Notes under the pieces: generated by a model
What the model saw: only the letters and a program-made list of their open reading frames with translations
What the model was told of the DNA's origin: nothing
The model's database searches: none
Made by a program: the position numbers and the translations under genes
Shown: positions 1-9,823 of the stretch, piece by piece
Position numbering within the stretch: the first letter of the stretch is position 1
Layout: every line of letters begins with the position of its first letter
Assembly (NCBI GenBank): GCA_903873905.1
Contig: CAIQQJ010000043.1
Span: 4,426 to 68,425 of the forward strand
Source: an uncultured Flavobacteriales bacterium
Lineage (GTDB): Bacteria > Bacteroidota > Bacteroidia > Palsa-965
Length of the DNA: 64,000 bases
Direction of reading: 5' to 3'

Positions 1-134
1 TGAAATTTCGAGTAGGGCGCATAGGCGTTTTTTGCCGCAGTTCTTGCACTTTTCAGTAATTCCAAATCGGAACCCGAAAGTTCAGAATCGTCGGCAAATT
101 CAGTGAAGGTGGTGGTAAGTATGTGTTTTTTCAT
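1..134 (-). CDS. cdd: cytidine deaminase, N-terminal fragment (gene continues past the left edge)
   Basis: Own translation of the minus strand from ATG at 134: MKKHILTTTFTEFADDSELSGSDLELLKSARTAAKNAYAPYSKF... 'AYAPYSKF' is the conserved N-terminal motif of cytidine deaminases. The ORF is open-ended, so it is absent from the ORF track. Confidence 0.55.
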   Translation of the reverse strand, partial: MKKHILTTTFTEFADDSELSGSDLELLKSARTAAKNAYAPYSKF

Positions 135-499
135 AATATCAAGTACAAAGATAGTCGAAAGAAAAGCTAGATCAGAAATGTGCATTTTGCATAAATCAAA
201 CCAGCTTCAACAATCCAATTTTCCCATAGCCTCGATGCAAAGTGAATATTAGCCAATCCAGTGTAATTTATTAAGCATTTAGTTGAATCGCACTTTAATA
301 TTTTTTTAATCCAACCATGTACCATTTTATTTCGTCAAGAGTTTAATTAAACTTTAATTTTATGTTGATTTTGCGTAAATTCATAGATTGAAAAGTAATA
401 ATAAACCAATAACTTTACTTTAAGCCAATTTTCAATTCATACCGATTACTAAGGTTTCGGCTAACATTTTGTATCATTAATACCAGAAAACAAACTACT

Positions 500-913
500 A
501 TGAAGCGTTATTTCTATTTTATTGCTTTCGTTTCCATTCTAATTATTTCTTCCTGTAAAAATGGACCTGGTCCTGGTGGGCAAGCTTCCATTACTGGAAA
601 AGTACATACTGTAGGAAATTGGAATTCAACGTGCACCTTGTATACCGACTCCTCTTCAGGATTTACGCCATTTTACGCACCTGATTATGATGTGTATTTA
701 ATTTATGGAGAAGATCCAAGTTATGGCGATCGCGTGAAAACTGCGCCTGATGGAACTTATCAGTTCAATTATTTACGAAAAGGGAAATATACGGTCTATG
801 TCTATTCCAATGATTGTTTGGCCGCTTCGGGCAAGACTTCGGTTTCTACAACTGTGGAAATCACAGACAAAAAACAAGCTGTACAATTGTCAGATTTGAG
901 AATTAATAAATAG
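500..913 (+). CDS. small lipoprotein with a carboxypeptidase-regulatory-like beta-sandwich signature
   Basis: 137 aa. Signal peptide plus lipobox (ILIISS|C). 'ITGKV...APDGTYQFNYLRKGKYTVYVYS' resembles the CarboxypepD_reg fold. Confidence 0.6.
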   Translation: MKRYFYFIAFVSILIISSCKNGPGPGGQASITGKVHTVGNWNSTCTLYTDSSSGFTPFYAPDYDVYLIYGEDPSYGDRVKTAPDGTYQFNYLRKGKYTVYVYSNDCLAASGKTSVSTTVEITDKKQAVQLSDLRINK

Positions 914-917
914 AAAG

Positions 918-1508
918 ATGTTACGCAACATTCTGCTCTTTTCAATTGCCATTACTTTTTCAAATACTATTGCTGCACAATCAAAAAAGCAGATTAAGGA
1001 ATTGAAAATAAAAAGTGCGACTGAAAATATTACAATTTATAAGGACGGAAAAGAAACCGTCACGTATAAATCCGATTATTCCATCTTTGACAAAGACGGA
1101 AATTCCGTGTCTGAAATTGAGTATAATCAGGATGGGACAATTAAGAAAAAACAAACCACTACTTATGTTGGTAAAGACAAAACGCAAGAAATAACGGAAC
1201 ATCCGAATGACGTTGACAATGACAATTCGCCACCGAAAAAATATAAAAAGACAACTTGGAAATACAATTCCAACGGCGACAAGACTGAAGAAGTCGAATA
1301 TGATGGCTCAGGGGCGATTGTCAAAAAAACAACCTATGCTTACGATTCCAATGGGAATAAAGCATTTGAAATGGAATATGATTCCGCCGGAAAAATGACG
1401 CAGAAAAGCGCTTACTCCTATGATTTGAAAGGATTAAAAACTGAAAAGAAAGTTTATGGTCCTGGCGATGTTTTGTTGAAATACATTAAGTACACTTATA
1501 CTTATTAG
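918..1508 (+). CDS. secreted repeat protein (YD-like repeats), unknown function
   Basis: 196 aa with an N-terminal signal peptide. Repeated motifs of the type 'TTYAYDSNGNKAFEMEYDSAGKMTQKSAYSYDLKGLKTEK'. Starts 4 nt after the previous gene. Confidence 0.6.
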   Translation: MLRNILLFSIAITFSNTIAAQSKKQIKELKIKSATENITIYKDGKETVTYKSDYSIFDKDGNSVSEIEYNQDGTIKKKQTTTYVGKDKTQEITEHPNDVDNDNSPPKKYKKTTWKYNSNGDKTEEVEYDGSGAIVKKTTYAYDSNGNKAFEMEYDSAGKMTQKSAYSYDLKGLKTEKKVYGPGDVLLKYIKYTYTY

Positions 1509-1515
1509 TTCTCTC

Positions 1516-2280
1516 GTGAAAAATGCAGTCAAAGCGATACTGGATACGTTTGAGGTGATTACGCTCGAAGAGATGGACCGTGTCAAATTGATGGATCGCA
1601 CGGACAGCAAATTCAATTTTAATATTGCTCAATTACCAAAATTATTGGAAGAGGTTCGTGAAAATTATTTTGTTCTTGAAGTTTCGGGGACAAGAATGAG
1701 TCGTTATGAAACTCTTTATTATGATACACCTGAATTCGATTTATTCAAGAAACATCACAATGGAAGAACGAACCGTTATAAAATTCGTTTGCGGCGTTAT
1801 GTTGAATCCGATCTTAATTTCTTTGAGGTAAAATTCAAAAACAATAAAGGGCGTACGATAAAAAAGAGAGTGAAAAAAAGTGATTTGAATGAAAGCATAA
1901 CAGAAAAATCACTTGACCTGCTAGCCGCAACAGCAGGGATGAATCCGGATAGTGTTGAACCAAAACTCTGGGTGAATTATAACAGAATTACACTAGTAAA
2001 TAAAATTGAGGAAGAACGCATAACCATTGATTTAGATCTTGAGGTAAAGAACGGAGATTCAACCGCTGATTTTTCCGGACTTGTAATTGTTGAAGCCAAA
2101 CAATCAAAACTCAGTGACACGGCCTTCGTTCGCAAATTGAAAGAATTACATATTCGAGAAGGTGGTACAAGCAAATACTGTTTAGCAGTAAGCAAACTCG
2201 TTCCCGGAATAAAACAAAATAATTTTAAACCCGCCATATCCACCATCCAAAAAATCATCGATGACAAAAAATCTGCTTAA
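1516..2280 (+). CDS. VTC (polyphosphate-polymerase / CYTH-like tunnel) domain protein
   Basis: 254 aa, GTG start. 'RYETLYYDTPEFDLF...NRYKIRLRRY...FFEVKFKNNKGRTIKKR' matches the basic triphosphate-tunnel strand pattern of VTC domains. Confidence 0.7.
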   Translation: MKNAVKAILDTFEVITLEEMDRVKLMDRTDSKFNFNIAQLPKLLEEVRENYFVLEVSGTRMSRYETLYYDTPEFDLFKKHHNGRTNRYKIRLRRYVESDLNFFEVKFKNNKGRTIKKRVKKSDLNESITEKSLDLLAATAGMNPDSVEPKLWVNYNRITLVNKIEEERITIDLDLEVKNGDSTADFSGLVIVEAKQSKLSDTAFVRKLKELHIREGGTSKYCLAVSKLVPGIKQNNFKPAISTIQKIIDDKKSA

Positions 2281-3055
2281 ATATATTTTTCCATTACTCC
2301 TGTTGATCTTCACTCCTGCTCCTGCATTACATGCACAGGCCGCAAATAGTGACAACACTTCTGTGACTGCCAGCGACAATACACAGGATGACACAAGCGA
2401 TGACAAAAAGAAAAAGAAAAAAGAAAAAGACGAAGATCCCGATGCCAACTTTTTCTCTTTTCAAATTCAAAAATTCAACATGGCATTTTTCATGCGTCTA
2501 CTGATCGACTTGATATGCATGATCGTTTTGATACGAATGATTTATTTGCCCGTTTATAAACGTCGTGATCACCTGTTCACATTTTTCATGTTCAACATCA
2601 CCATCTTTATTATCACCAATATCCTCAGTGTGAAATCAGGGATTTCTACTGGTGCGGCTTTTGGTATGTTTGCTGTTTTCTCACTCTTGCGATACAGAAC
2701 TGAAGACATTTCTGCACGCGACATGACTTATCTGTTCATGGTTATTGCGCTTGGACTTATCAGTTCAATAAACAAAGGTGACATTTTAGAAACAGCAGTT
2801 ATCAATTTGATTATTCTTTTAGCCGCATTTCTGCTTGACGGAAACATTTTGGTCAAAACAGAATTTGTAAAGACAGTACAATATGAAAACATTGAACTCA
2901 TAAAACCGGAACGTTATCAAGAATTGCTAGATGATTTAAGTGCGCGAACAGGAGTCCCAGTTCATAAAGCGAGCATCGGAAAAATTGATTTTCTCCGCGA
3001 CACGGCGACGATCAAAATTTATTATCACGAAAACAAAAACCAGGAACAGGAATAA
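2261..3055 (+). CDS. DUF4956-type membrane protein
   Basis: 264 aa. Signal peptide, an acidic/K-rich linker, then TM helices with 'FGMFAVFSLLRYRTEDISARDMTYLF', which I recall as the DUF4956 hallmark. Overlaps the VTC gene by 20 nt. Confidence 0.7.
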   Translation: MTKNLLKYIFPLLLLIFTPAPALHAQAANSDNTSVTASDNTQDDTSDDKKKKKKEKDEDPDANFFSFQIQKFNMAFFMRLLIDLICMIVLIRMIYLPVYKRRDHLFTFFMFNITIFIITNILSVKSGISTGAAFGMFAVFSLLRYRTEDISARDMTYLFMVIALGLISSINKGDILETAVINLIILLAAFLLDGNILVKTEFVKTVQYENIELIKPERYQELLDDLSARTGVPVHKASIGKIDFLRDTATIKIYYHENKNQEQE

Positions 3056-3057
3056 TA

Positions 3058-3738
3058 ATGAAACGATATCTACTTCTTTTTTCATTCTTCATTTTAGCAA
3101 TTTCCTCTTTTTCCCAAACGGAAGATTTGGGTTCTTGGCTGACCTTCAGTTTCAACAAAGGGATTGTGAAAAATCTTGAATTTAATTTCGATCAGGAATT
3201 ACGTTTGAAGGATAATATCTCAAATATTAATTTGCTTTACACCAACTTGGGTGCCACCTATACCGTTGCAAAGTTTTTCAAGATTGCTGGAGTCTATCGT
3301 TTCATTGACAAACAGAAAGGCGATGGTTCATATGGATACCGCAATCGTTTTTATACTGACTTTATTTTCAAAGTGAAACCGGGAAAATGGTCATTGGGTT
3401 ATCGCGCACGTTTTCAAGGCGAATGGAGAAAAGGAGGCTATAACAGTAACCTTGGAAACATGCCCGAAGTTTATCTGCGCAATCTTTTCAAGATTGGCTA
3501 TAAATTAAACGACCGATGGAATCCATATGTTGCAACGGAACTTCGCTGGCAATTGCAAAACCCTCGTCTTCCTTGGGCAAATGGTTTTAATCGTACACGC
3601 TTTTACGCAGGAACCGATTATAAGATCAACAAGAAAATGTCTGCTGGTACTTATTTGCTTATGCAGAAAGAGTGGAATGTAAATGACCCGCAAACACTTT
3701 ACATTATCGGTTTGGAATTTGGGATTTCTATTGATTAG
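3058..3738 (+). CDS. outer-membrane beta-barrel protein (DUF2490-like)
   Basis: 226 aa. Signal peptide, alternating aromatic/beta-strand pattern, and starts 2 nt after the DUF4956 gene. The family assignment is from memory only. Confidence 0.5.
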   Translation: MKRYLLLFSFFILAISSFSQTEDLGSWLTFSFNKGIVKNLEFNFDQELRLKDNISNINLLYTNLGATYTVAKFFKIAGVYRFIDKQKGDGSYGYRNRFYTDFIFKVKPGKWSLGYRARFQGEWRKGGYNSNLGNMPEVYLRNLFKIGYKLNDRWNPYVATELRWQLQNPRLPWANGFNRTRFYAGTDYKINKKMSAGTYLLMQKEWNVNDPQTLYIIGLEFGISID

Positions 3739-4220
3739 TTCTTGTAAATCAACGCCACCGCCCAAGCATTCACACCTTCTTCATTTCCAACATAGCCCAA
3801 TTTTTCATTGGTAGTCGCTTTGATGGAAACACAATCGTTCTCCACTTGAAGAATTCCTGAAATTGTTTTTACCATCAATGGAACATGCGGATTTATTTTC
3901 GGTCGTTCCATCGCAAGTGTTGCGTCAATATTTCCTACCAACCAACCTTTTTCAGCAAGAAGTTTTCCAACTTTTTCAAGCAGAATTTTACTGTCAATAT
4001 TTTTGAATGTTGAATCTGTATTCGGAAAATAAAATCCAATGTCGCGTAACCCTGCAGCACCAAGCAACGCGTCACAAATCGCATGCAAGAGCACATCCGC
4101 ATCGGAATGCCCATCACAACCAAAATCATGCTCAATGCGAACACCGCCGAGCCAAAGCTCTCGACCTTTTACAAGCTGATGAACATCAAAACCTAAGCCG
4201 ACTCGGAAATTTGGAACCAT
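3735..4220 (-). CDS. ispF: 2-C-methyl-D-erythritol 2,4-cyclodiphosphate synthase
   Basis: 161 aa. 'RVGLGFDVHQL', 'GHSDADVLLHAICDALLGA' and 'IDATLAMERPKI' are canonical IspF motifs. Confidence 0.95.
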   Translation of the reverse strand: MVPNFRVGLGFDVHQLVKGRELWLGGVRIEHDFGCDGHSDADVLLHAICDALLGAAGLRDIGFYFPNTDSTFKNIDSKILLEKVGKLLAEKGWLVGNIDATLAMERPKINPHVPLMVKTISGILQVENDCVSIKATTNEKLGYVGNEEGVNAWAVALIYKN

Positions 4221-4300
4221 GTTTTCAAAAAATTTATGATGTACAAGGTACGCTGTACAATTAATAAAAAACGCAGTGTTTCAGATTTTTATTTTTTGAA

Positions 4301-4336
4301 TAAAAAAGCGCTGTTACTTTTTTAGTAACAACGCTT
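4301..4336 (-). terminator. intrinsic terminator of porV
   Basis: On the minus-strand RNA: AGCGUUGUUACU-AAAAA-AGUAACAGCGCU (12 bp, one G.U) followed by UUUUUAUU. Lies about 30 nt after the porV stop. Confidence 0.75.
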
Positions 4337-4364
4337 TGGATTTTTTATTAGCAATAATTAGTTT

Positions 4365-5624
4365 TTATTTTCCATCGGTACCAACATCACCTTGGTCCTT
4401 TGCTGCGTCAAAATCAAATGTCAAGGTGAAACGAAGTGTATTTGACAATGGACTGCGCTGACCATTTGTAGGAATGAGATAAGCGAAATCAAGTCCGAAT
4501 ACATGATATTTCACACCAGCTCCAAGGGTTAGAAATTGTCTGTTTCCTTTTGTAGGTGCTTCGTAAAAATAACCTGTACGCACTGCGAAAATATGATTGT
4601 ACCAATATTCAACACCAGTACAAATATTAATTTCACGCAATTCCTCTTTGTAACCACCCGGTGCATCATAGAAAGATTGAATCATTCCCTGGGGAACGGA
4701 AACATTTGGATCTTTTCCAGCAAGAATTTCATATTGTCCGGTGTTTGAATTAATCACAGGACTGCCATTGCTGCCAATAACATAATGTGGTGGAGTTGGA
4801 ACCAACAACTTATCAAATTCCAATTGGAAGCCGATTGCGTTATAATCATCTGCATTAATCATCATTCCTCCACCAAGTCGAAGGTTAATTGGAATGAAAT
4901 CGCGATTGACAGAAGTGCTGTATGAAATTTTATTCCCAATATTACTGATGGTCATTCCAAACATCAACGTGCTTTGCTTTCCTTGGATTTTTATTTTGTC
5001 ATTATGATAATATCCACTTAAGTCTACAGCAAAAGCAGATCCTGTTTTTGTATCCTGTCCTGCAACTGTAATTGCATTAGTAAGATTGGATCGAATCAAA
5101 CGGGCTGTCATAGCCGCAGAAAATTTATTTCCTAGTTTTCGCGCATAGAAGCCATCTAATGCAAATTCGTTCGGACGAAACTGGCCAATTACGGTTCCAA
5201 TATTATCTGTGAATGTGATATTTCCCATTGAGAAATAACGCATCGATCCACCAAATGCAGAATTCTTGTCTTTCAGTTTTGAATAAAAAGAAACGTAGGC
5301 AAGATTAATATCTGGAACCAACGCACGCAACCAAGGTGTGTAAGAAATCCCAAGTCCCATTTTTTTATCAGCAAATGGAAGTTTGGCTGCATTCCAATGA
5401 ATGGAATTTACATCAGGCGTTGTTGCAACTCCCGTTTCACCCATTCCTCCTGCACGCGAATCTGGCGTAATCAAAAGAAATGGCACAGCTGTCGTAATTG
5501 TGTTAATGTGCTTTAGGAAATCATTTACCTGTGTGGTTGTAACCTGTGCATTTCCCTGCGTAGAAATAGTAAGCGCTGCAATAAAGCCTGCTCCAGTTAC
5601 CATTTTGATCGCCTTCGTGTTCAT
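4365..5624 (-). CDS. porV: type IX secretion system outer-membrane channel protein PorV
   Basis: Beta-barrel protein with signal peptide MNTKAIKMVTGAGFIAALTISTQGNAQ. Sits immediately downstream of porU (30-nt gap), the conserved porU-porV arrangement. I prefer ATG 5624; the ORF track starts at TTG 5645. Confidence 0.8.
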   Translation of the reverse strand: MNTKAIKMVTGAGFIAALTISTQGNAQVTTTQVNDFLKHINTITTAVPFLLITPDSRAGGMGETGVATTPDVNSIHWNAAKLPFADKKMGLGISYTPWLRALVPDINLAYVSFYSKLKDKNSAFGGSMRYFSMGNITFTDNIGTVIGQFRPNEFALDGFYARKLGNKFSAAMTARLIRSNLTNAITVAGQDTKTGSAFAVDLSGYYHNDKIKIQGKQSTLMFGMTISNIGNKISYSTSVNRDFIPINLRLGGGMMINADDYNAIGFQLEFDKLLVPTPPHYVIGSNGSPVINSNTGQYEILAGKDPNVSVPQGMIQSFYDAPGGYKEELREINICTGVEYWYNHIFAVRTGYFYEAPTKGNRQFLTLGAGVKYHVFGLDFAYLIPTNGQRSPLSNTLRFTLTFDFDAAKDQGDVGTDGK

Positions 5625-5675
5625 GTGTTGCGTATTAGTAAACAAAAATAAAAATTAATGCTTCTCTTTTGATTA

Positions 5676-8600
5676 TTAATTGAGAATAACAAGCTTTTCG
5701 TATTTATCAGCAGATTTTCCGTCCATAGTTCGTGCGACAACATGGTAAATGTAAACGCCTCGCCCAATGGTATCACCGTAATCATCTTTGCCATCCCATT
5801 CAATCGGATCAGAGCGGAATCCTTCGGAATTTACATGCTCATTCATGGTCTTCACCAATTTTCCTGAAACAGTAAACACTTGGATCATGATGTCATAATC
5901 TGTACAACATTGATTGTATTCAATGAAAAAGGAAGTGTGTGTTGTAAATGGATTCGGATAATTGATCACATGTGCAAGGGAAAGTCCTGATGGATTTGTT
6001 ACCGTAAATTCTATTTTAGAGGTTGTTGAATTATTATACACATCCCACACTTTCAAACTCAAGGTGTGCTTTCCAGGCGAGAGTGAACTGAATGGATAAA
6101 TTATTTTTCCACTCTGATAACTATTCATGTCAGCTTGGTAATAATCATTCAGCACAATTGCATTTCCAGTTTCTTCATCCAGAATAGCAACCACATCATG
6201 ACCAATTCCATTTCCTACCGTATTCACGCCATTGGAATCTCGAACTACGGCAAACAATTTTGGACTTTCATTTGTAATTCCTCCACTGACAAAATTGCTA
6301 TCATTCAAAAACAATCGCACAACAGGTCCCGTTACATCAGTTGCCGCATTTGGATTCGATCCACCGACAATAATGTTTTCATAACTTCCACTTGCATCTG
6401 TTTGTCCATTATCCGCGTAATAACTCACGCGACCTTTTCCATATTGATAGGCAATGTCTTTAGGAACAACAAATGTGAATTGGAAGTAACCATTCACCAC
6501 ACTAACCTTTCCATGGTACAAAACACTTTTCTGAAGCAAAAAAGTAAAGGGTAAATTCGGTGGATTGTTTCCAAGCGTTGTAATCGCTTTTGCTTTATCA
6601 AAAACTGTCGGATAAATAATACCGTTAAAATTCGGCATGAAATTTCCAAGAGTATCGGCAACAAAACCCTTTACAGTAACATGACTTAATGCCTTTAAGG
6701 TATCGGGAATGCTTGTAATTACAACGTTGTTTACTTCTGTTGTCGAAACATTATTGATAGCATAATTCAATCGAACAGCAGGGTCACCAAGTAATGTGAA
6801 ATTTCTATTGTTAGTGTTATTTCCTGCATTGACTTTTGTCATCCGATACAAATCTCCAACACGAGGCATTTCCCCATTCAACGTATCAAATGCGCATTCA
6901 TAAAACTTGCGATTTAGATTAAAATTCGGAGTGGAATAAACCAAACGTACAGTTGTCATCAAACCAATTCCTCCTCCATCTGGATTAAGCAATACATCTT
7001 CTCCTGCAGAAGTGCGGGTAGGATCATCAAATCGACTGAACTCACAAGTTGCAGTAAAAAACAAAGGCATGTTGCAAATGTTTTTCCAGGCATTTATCAT
7101 CGAAACATCAAGAATGCGTTCGTGCGCAAGTCCAACTTCACCACCATGACCTGTATAATTGATAATAAGCGAGCCCATGTCAACTCGCTTGTCAAATGCG
7201 GCATTCACATCAGGGTATCGTTCACCACCAGGAGTCTGAATTTGCTGGTAAGCATCAAAATAAATTTTATCGATATTGTAATTGTTATAAGTCGTATCGA
7301 CAAATGTCGCAAGCTGATCGGCCTGACTCATGTGAACATCAGAATCTTCATCATCACCGATGAAAGTCAGCCAGTTTCTCCATTCACCGCCTTTAGAGCA
7401 TTGATCATTGGCACAGGCAGAAACATTAACAACAGGTTGTTGTCTTATAATATAACGTCGAACTTTTTCAACCATTGCCTGTGCTGAAGCTTTTGTCTGA
7501 ACAGGAAATCTTCCAACGCCAATATCTAAGTCGCCCAAATCACTTCCATCATCCCAACCTCCTGCATCATCCAACAATCCATAATATTCATCTGAAACAT
7601 AGGATTCCGTTGGCCCAACAGAATTCAGATTTTGAAATGTTGGAATAAAATTCGTGTTGCTTGGCATTCGGTGTTTGTTATCGTAGGATCCATCACCAAA
7701 AAGCAAAAGATAACGTGGTAAATCAGCTTGTGTTGTAGCACGGCCATAAACCATTCTCACAAAATCACGAATGGCCGTTACGTCTTGCGCTCCTGAAGAA
7801 AATTCATTGTAAATCTGCTGTGGTGTTACAATAAGATAAGTGAGACCATCATACGTTGCATGAAGGTCGGCAAGTTCTTGTGCCTCTGCCTGAAAATCAG
7901 GATGCGTGATGATAATGAAATCAACCGGCTGCATTGCGTGCAGATTTTGATTTGGAACAGGCCCAAAATTTACCGGCGTTAAAAACGAACTACCATCGAA
8001 AGCAATGAATTCATGCGTTGTGTCCGTGTGCAAGGTCCAAATCAGATTAGTAGTTTGCGGCGTTACACTTTGCAAACCCACATTTGCAAGATCTGTAACA
8101 TCCCATACCGCCAAACTAGGTGTATAACCATCAAGTATATATTGTGAAATATTTCCCGTGCCGCCAGTTCTTGAATCACGGAAACTCATTTGAGAACCTG
8201 TCATTTTTAATTGACGACGAGCGTTTACACGAATCCAGTTTAGCCAACCAATAGCAGAGGGATCTTGCTTAGTAATCGAAACATTTATAACAGGCCCAGT
8301 TGGATTAAAACAAAGCTGTGTACTTCCTTCATATGCGTAGGAACAATAATAACAATTACTGTTAGTAAATGCGACCGGGATAATTGCTGATGCTGATTGA
8401 GCATTTACTGTATAATTATTACTTGGACCATCGCATCTTGAAATCAAACTGACTTCCGCACAAGCATTGGAAGTGTCAACGATGTTTGGAAAATTAAATC
8501 CGAAACTATACGAAGTAAGAATATCAAACTTTTCACCATACCATTCTCTACCCGACTTGATCATGTTTACATTATCCAATTCATGGAATTGATAATCATC

Positions 8601-9572
8601 AAATGCATTCACAATTTTATTCGGAACATCAGGTGAAGAAGCTTGAATTGCAATTCTTTTTCCTGGCCCCAAATCGGTATTGAGAAAATAAAATGTTGTG
8701 TCTGAATAATTATGAACGTGATGATGATAGTGCTGATGTACTTGATCATAGGACCAAACATTCTGAGAGGTCCCATAAAACAAAACGTAATCGTTTGCAT
8801 CAAATGTTCCATTGCCATTTAAATCTCTAACATCAATTGCATATTCATTCAAATCATCCATATGCTGGCCGCTATTACTAAAAGGAATTTGACCATGACC
8901 ATTCCCATAGATGCGAATATTTGCAGGAACAAGCGTGGCCATATCAATACCCATATTGGATAAAAAATTATAATCCATTTTATGAACTCCTGTTATCGTA
9001 ACACCAATGCGATGCCATGTCCCGGTAGAAAGAATTGAACTAGATGCAAAAGCAGTCGATGCCGCAATACGTTGCCCATTCGAGTGACCTTGTATGTCAA
9101 TTGTAAAGCTGACCAGTTTTTCTATTTGTCCAGAAGTAGGGTTTTTGCGTAATGGAATAATGGAAACATTCGCAAAAGGCTCATGGCGACAAACCGAAAA
9201 CTTCATAATGACTTGCGGTTCATCTGAAAGAAAGTCGGTGCCAGCTCCCAAAGCTGCTAGTGATGCTTGATCAAGCGGCTCATAAACTTGATTATGAATT
9301 GCTGCAGTGGCAGAATTACTACCAAAAGGAAGTTTTCGGCGCTCACTGAATAATGGCAAAAAATCCTTTTCAGCATCATAAGACGCTCCTTCAAACCAAA
9401 GAAAACTTCTAAGTTCCGTTTCGGAAAAATGTGTAGTGATAGGAGCGGTCCAACGTAAATCACGCTTATTTACATCAAGGCCATGAATGCTTCTTTGCCC
9501 AAAAGCAGGCGAAAACAGCCCTAAAAGGGCTGTCAAAAAAAGAAAGCAGCGTTTTAAATCAATATTCCTCAT
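5676..9572 (-). CDS. porU: type IX secretion system sortase PorU (peptidase C25-like)
   Basis: 1298 aa with a signal peptide. Gingipain/C25-like core ('YLLLFGDGSYDN', 'INYTGHGGEVGLAHE', 'FFTATCEFSRFDD'). Size and pairing with porV are typical of PorU. Confidence 0.85.
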   Translation of the reverse strand: MRNIDLKRCFLFLTALLGLFSPAFGQRSIHGLDVNKRDLRWTAPITTHFSETELRSFLWFEGASYDAEKDFLPLFSERRKLPFGSNSATAAIHNQVYEPLDQASLAALGAGTDFLSDEPQVIMKFSVCRHEPFANVSIIPLRKNPTSGQIEKLVSFTIDIQGHSNGQRIAASTAFASSSILSTGTWHRIGVTITGVHKMDYNFLSNMGIDMATLVPANIRIYGNGHGQIPFSNSGQHMDDLNEYAIDVRDLNGNGTFDANDYVLFYGTSQNVWSYDQVHQHYHHHVHNYSDTTFYFLNTDLGPGKRIAIQASSPDVPNKIVNAFDDYQFHELDNVNMIKSGREWYGEKFDILTSYSFGFNFPNIVDTSNACAEVSLISRCDGPSNNYTVNAQSASAIIPVAFTNSNCYYCSYAYEGSTQLCFNPTGPVINVSITKQDPSAIGWLNWIRVNARRQLKMTGSQMSFRDSRTGGTGNISQYILDGYTPSLAVWDVTDLANVGLQSVTPQTTNLIWTLHTDTTHEFIAFDGSSFLTPVNFGPVPNQNLHAMQPVDFIIITHPDFQAEAQELADLHATYDGLTYLIVTPQQIYNEFSSGAQDVTAIRDFVRMVYGRATTQADLPRYLLLFGDGSYDNKHRMPSNTNFIPTFQNLNSVGPTESYVSDEYYGLLDDAGGWDDGSDLGDLDIGVGRFPVQTKASAQAMVEKVRRYIIRQQPVVNVSACANDQCSKGGEWRNWLTFIGDDEDSDVHMSQADQLATFVDTTYNNYNIDKIYFDAYQQIQTPGGERYPDVNAAFDKRVDMGSLIINYTGHGGEVGLAHERILDVSMINAWKNICNMPLFFTATCEFSRFDDPTRTSAGEDVLLNPDGGGIGLMTTVRLVYSTPNFNLNRKFYECAFDTLNGEMPRVGDLYRMTKVNAGNNTNNRNFTLLGDPAVRLNYAINNVSTTEVNNVVITSIPDTLKALSHVTVKGFVADTLGNFMPNFNGIIYPTVFDKAKAITTLGNNPPNLPFTFLLQKSVLYHGKVSVVNGYFQFTFVVPKDIAYQYGKGRVSYYADNGQTDASGSYENIIVGGSNPNAATDVTGPVVRLFLNDSNFVSGGITNESPKLFAVVRDSNGVNTVGNGIGHDVVAILDEETGNAIVLNDYYQADMNSYQSGKIIYPFSSLSPGKHTLSLKVWDVYNNSTTSKIEFTVTNPSGLSLAHVINYPNPFTTHTSFFIEYNQCCTDYDIMIQVFTVSGKLVKTMNEHVNSEGFRSDPIEWDGKDDYGDTIGRGVYIYHVVARTMDGKSADKYEKLVILN

Positions 9573-9823
9573 TTTTTACCGCAGATAAAGTTTTCCAAAG
9601 GTAACGATTGCTGATAATCCTCGGTTTTTCAGTGTTTAGTATTGGATTTTCGAGAATTTAGGATACTTTTGTTTCTAACCGCTTTTCCGTAGGCCTTTCA
9701 AACCACGGGAATAACGGAGGCAAACATGGTTTATTGCGCATTGGTTTTGAAAAATGTTTTTTTTTGAAACTGTTTCGTTAATTTTCCGTAAAATTGTTTT
9801 CTTACATTCTATATACCCTCATC

